A stretch of DNA of 64,000 nt from Stegostoma tigrinum (taxonomy: Eukaryota), in contig NC_081396.1 in the NCBI RefSeq assembly GCF_030684315.1, positions 6,200,001 to 6,264,000 on the forward strand. Direction: 5' to 3'. The notes under the pieces are model-generated. The model ran no database searches. It was not told the origin of the DNA and was given only the letters and a program-made list of their open reading frames with translations. Made by a program: the position numbers and the translations under genes. Shown piece after piece: positions 63,250 through 64,000 of this stretch (its first letter is position 1; every line of letters starts with the position of its first letter).

Positions 63250-63948
63250 ATAATAAAATGTGAGGCTGGATGAACACAGCAGGCCAAGCAGCATCTCAGG
63301 AGCACAAAAGCTGACGTTTCGGGCCTAGACCCTTCATCAGAGAGGGGGATGGGGAGAGGGAACTGGAATAAATAGGGAGAGAGGGGGAGGCGGACTGAAG
63401 ATGGAGAGTAAAGAAGATAGGTGGAGAGGGTGTAGGTGGGGAGGTAGGGAGGGGATAGGTCAGTCCAGGGAAGACGGACAGGTCAAGGAGGTGGGATGAG
63501 GTTAGTAGGTAGCTGGGGGTGCGGCTTGGGGTGGGAGGAAGGGATGGGTGAGAGGAAGAACCGGTTAAGTCCAACCTGTCTCTGCCTCCCTAACCGGTTC
63601 TTCCTCTCACCCATCCCTTCCTCCCACCCCAAGCCGCACCCCCAGCTACCTACTAACCTCATCCCACCTCCTTGACCTGTCCGTCTTCCCTGGACTGACC
63701 TATCCCCTCCCTACCTCCCCACCTACACCCTCTCCACCTATCTTCTTTACTCTCCATCTTCGGTCCGCCTCCCCCTCTCTCCCTATTTATTACAGTTCCC
63801 TCCCCCCATCCCCCTCTCTGATGAAGGGTCTAGGCCCGAAACGTCAGCTTTTGTGCTCCTGAGATGCTGCTTGGCCTGCTGTGTTCATCCAGCCTCACAT
63901 TTTATTATCTTGGAATCTCCAGCATCTGCAGTTCCCATTATCTCTGAT
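63250..63948. mobile_element. young Penelope-like insertion forming a 318-bp inverted repeat
   Basis: Arms 63250-63567 and 63591-63908; 15-bp TSD acccttcttgctgtg at 63235-63249 and 63949-63963; hammerhead cores at 63313-63340 (-) and 63818-63845 (+). Confidence 0.9.
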
Positions 63949-64000
63949 ACCCTTCTTGCTGTGTTTAGTTGCCTTTGAACTGAGTGGTTTGCTCGGCCAC

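Overview
Eukaryotic, repeat-dense vertebrate DNA, most consistent with a cartilaginous fish (inferred from V-SINE/HE1-like SINEs, abundant CR1 3' ends and Penelope-like elements; species not determinable). The window is a birth-and-death cluster of tandem C2H2 zinc-finger (ZNF) genes with no recognisable KRAB/SCAN/BTB domain: five apparently intact single-coding-exon genes (15408-16109 -, 25677-26216 -, 39562-40533 -, 44467-45225 +, 59032-59454 +), two damaged copies (about 3.4-4.3 kb and 53.8-54.4 kb) and several relics. CpG-island-like promoters (NRF1, YY1, CCAAT, GC-box, CRE, E2F motifs) lie 1-8 kb upstream of the genes. The rest is mostly truncated CR1, L2 and Rex1-like LINEs, two SINE families, solo LTRs, two degenerate tRNA genes and Penelope-like ends carrying minimal hammerhead ribozyme motifs. 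Most notable: an invariant N-terminal 'KPWKC' finger shared by the paralogs (candidate effector in place of KRAB, an inference), start codons recruited from a finger linker, sense-oriented hammerheads in putative ZNF introns, a 318-bp Penelope palindrome with a 15-bp TSD, and a CCAAT/GC-box minisatellite. TE boundaries are approximate and family names come from recalled motifs, not database searches.
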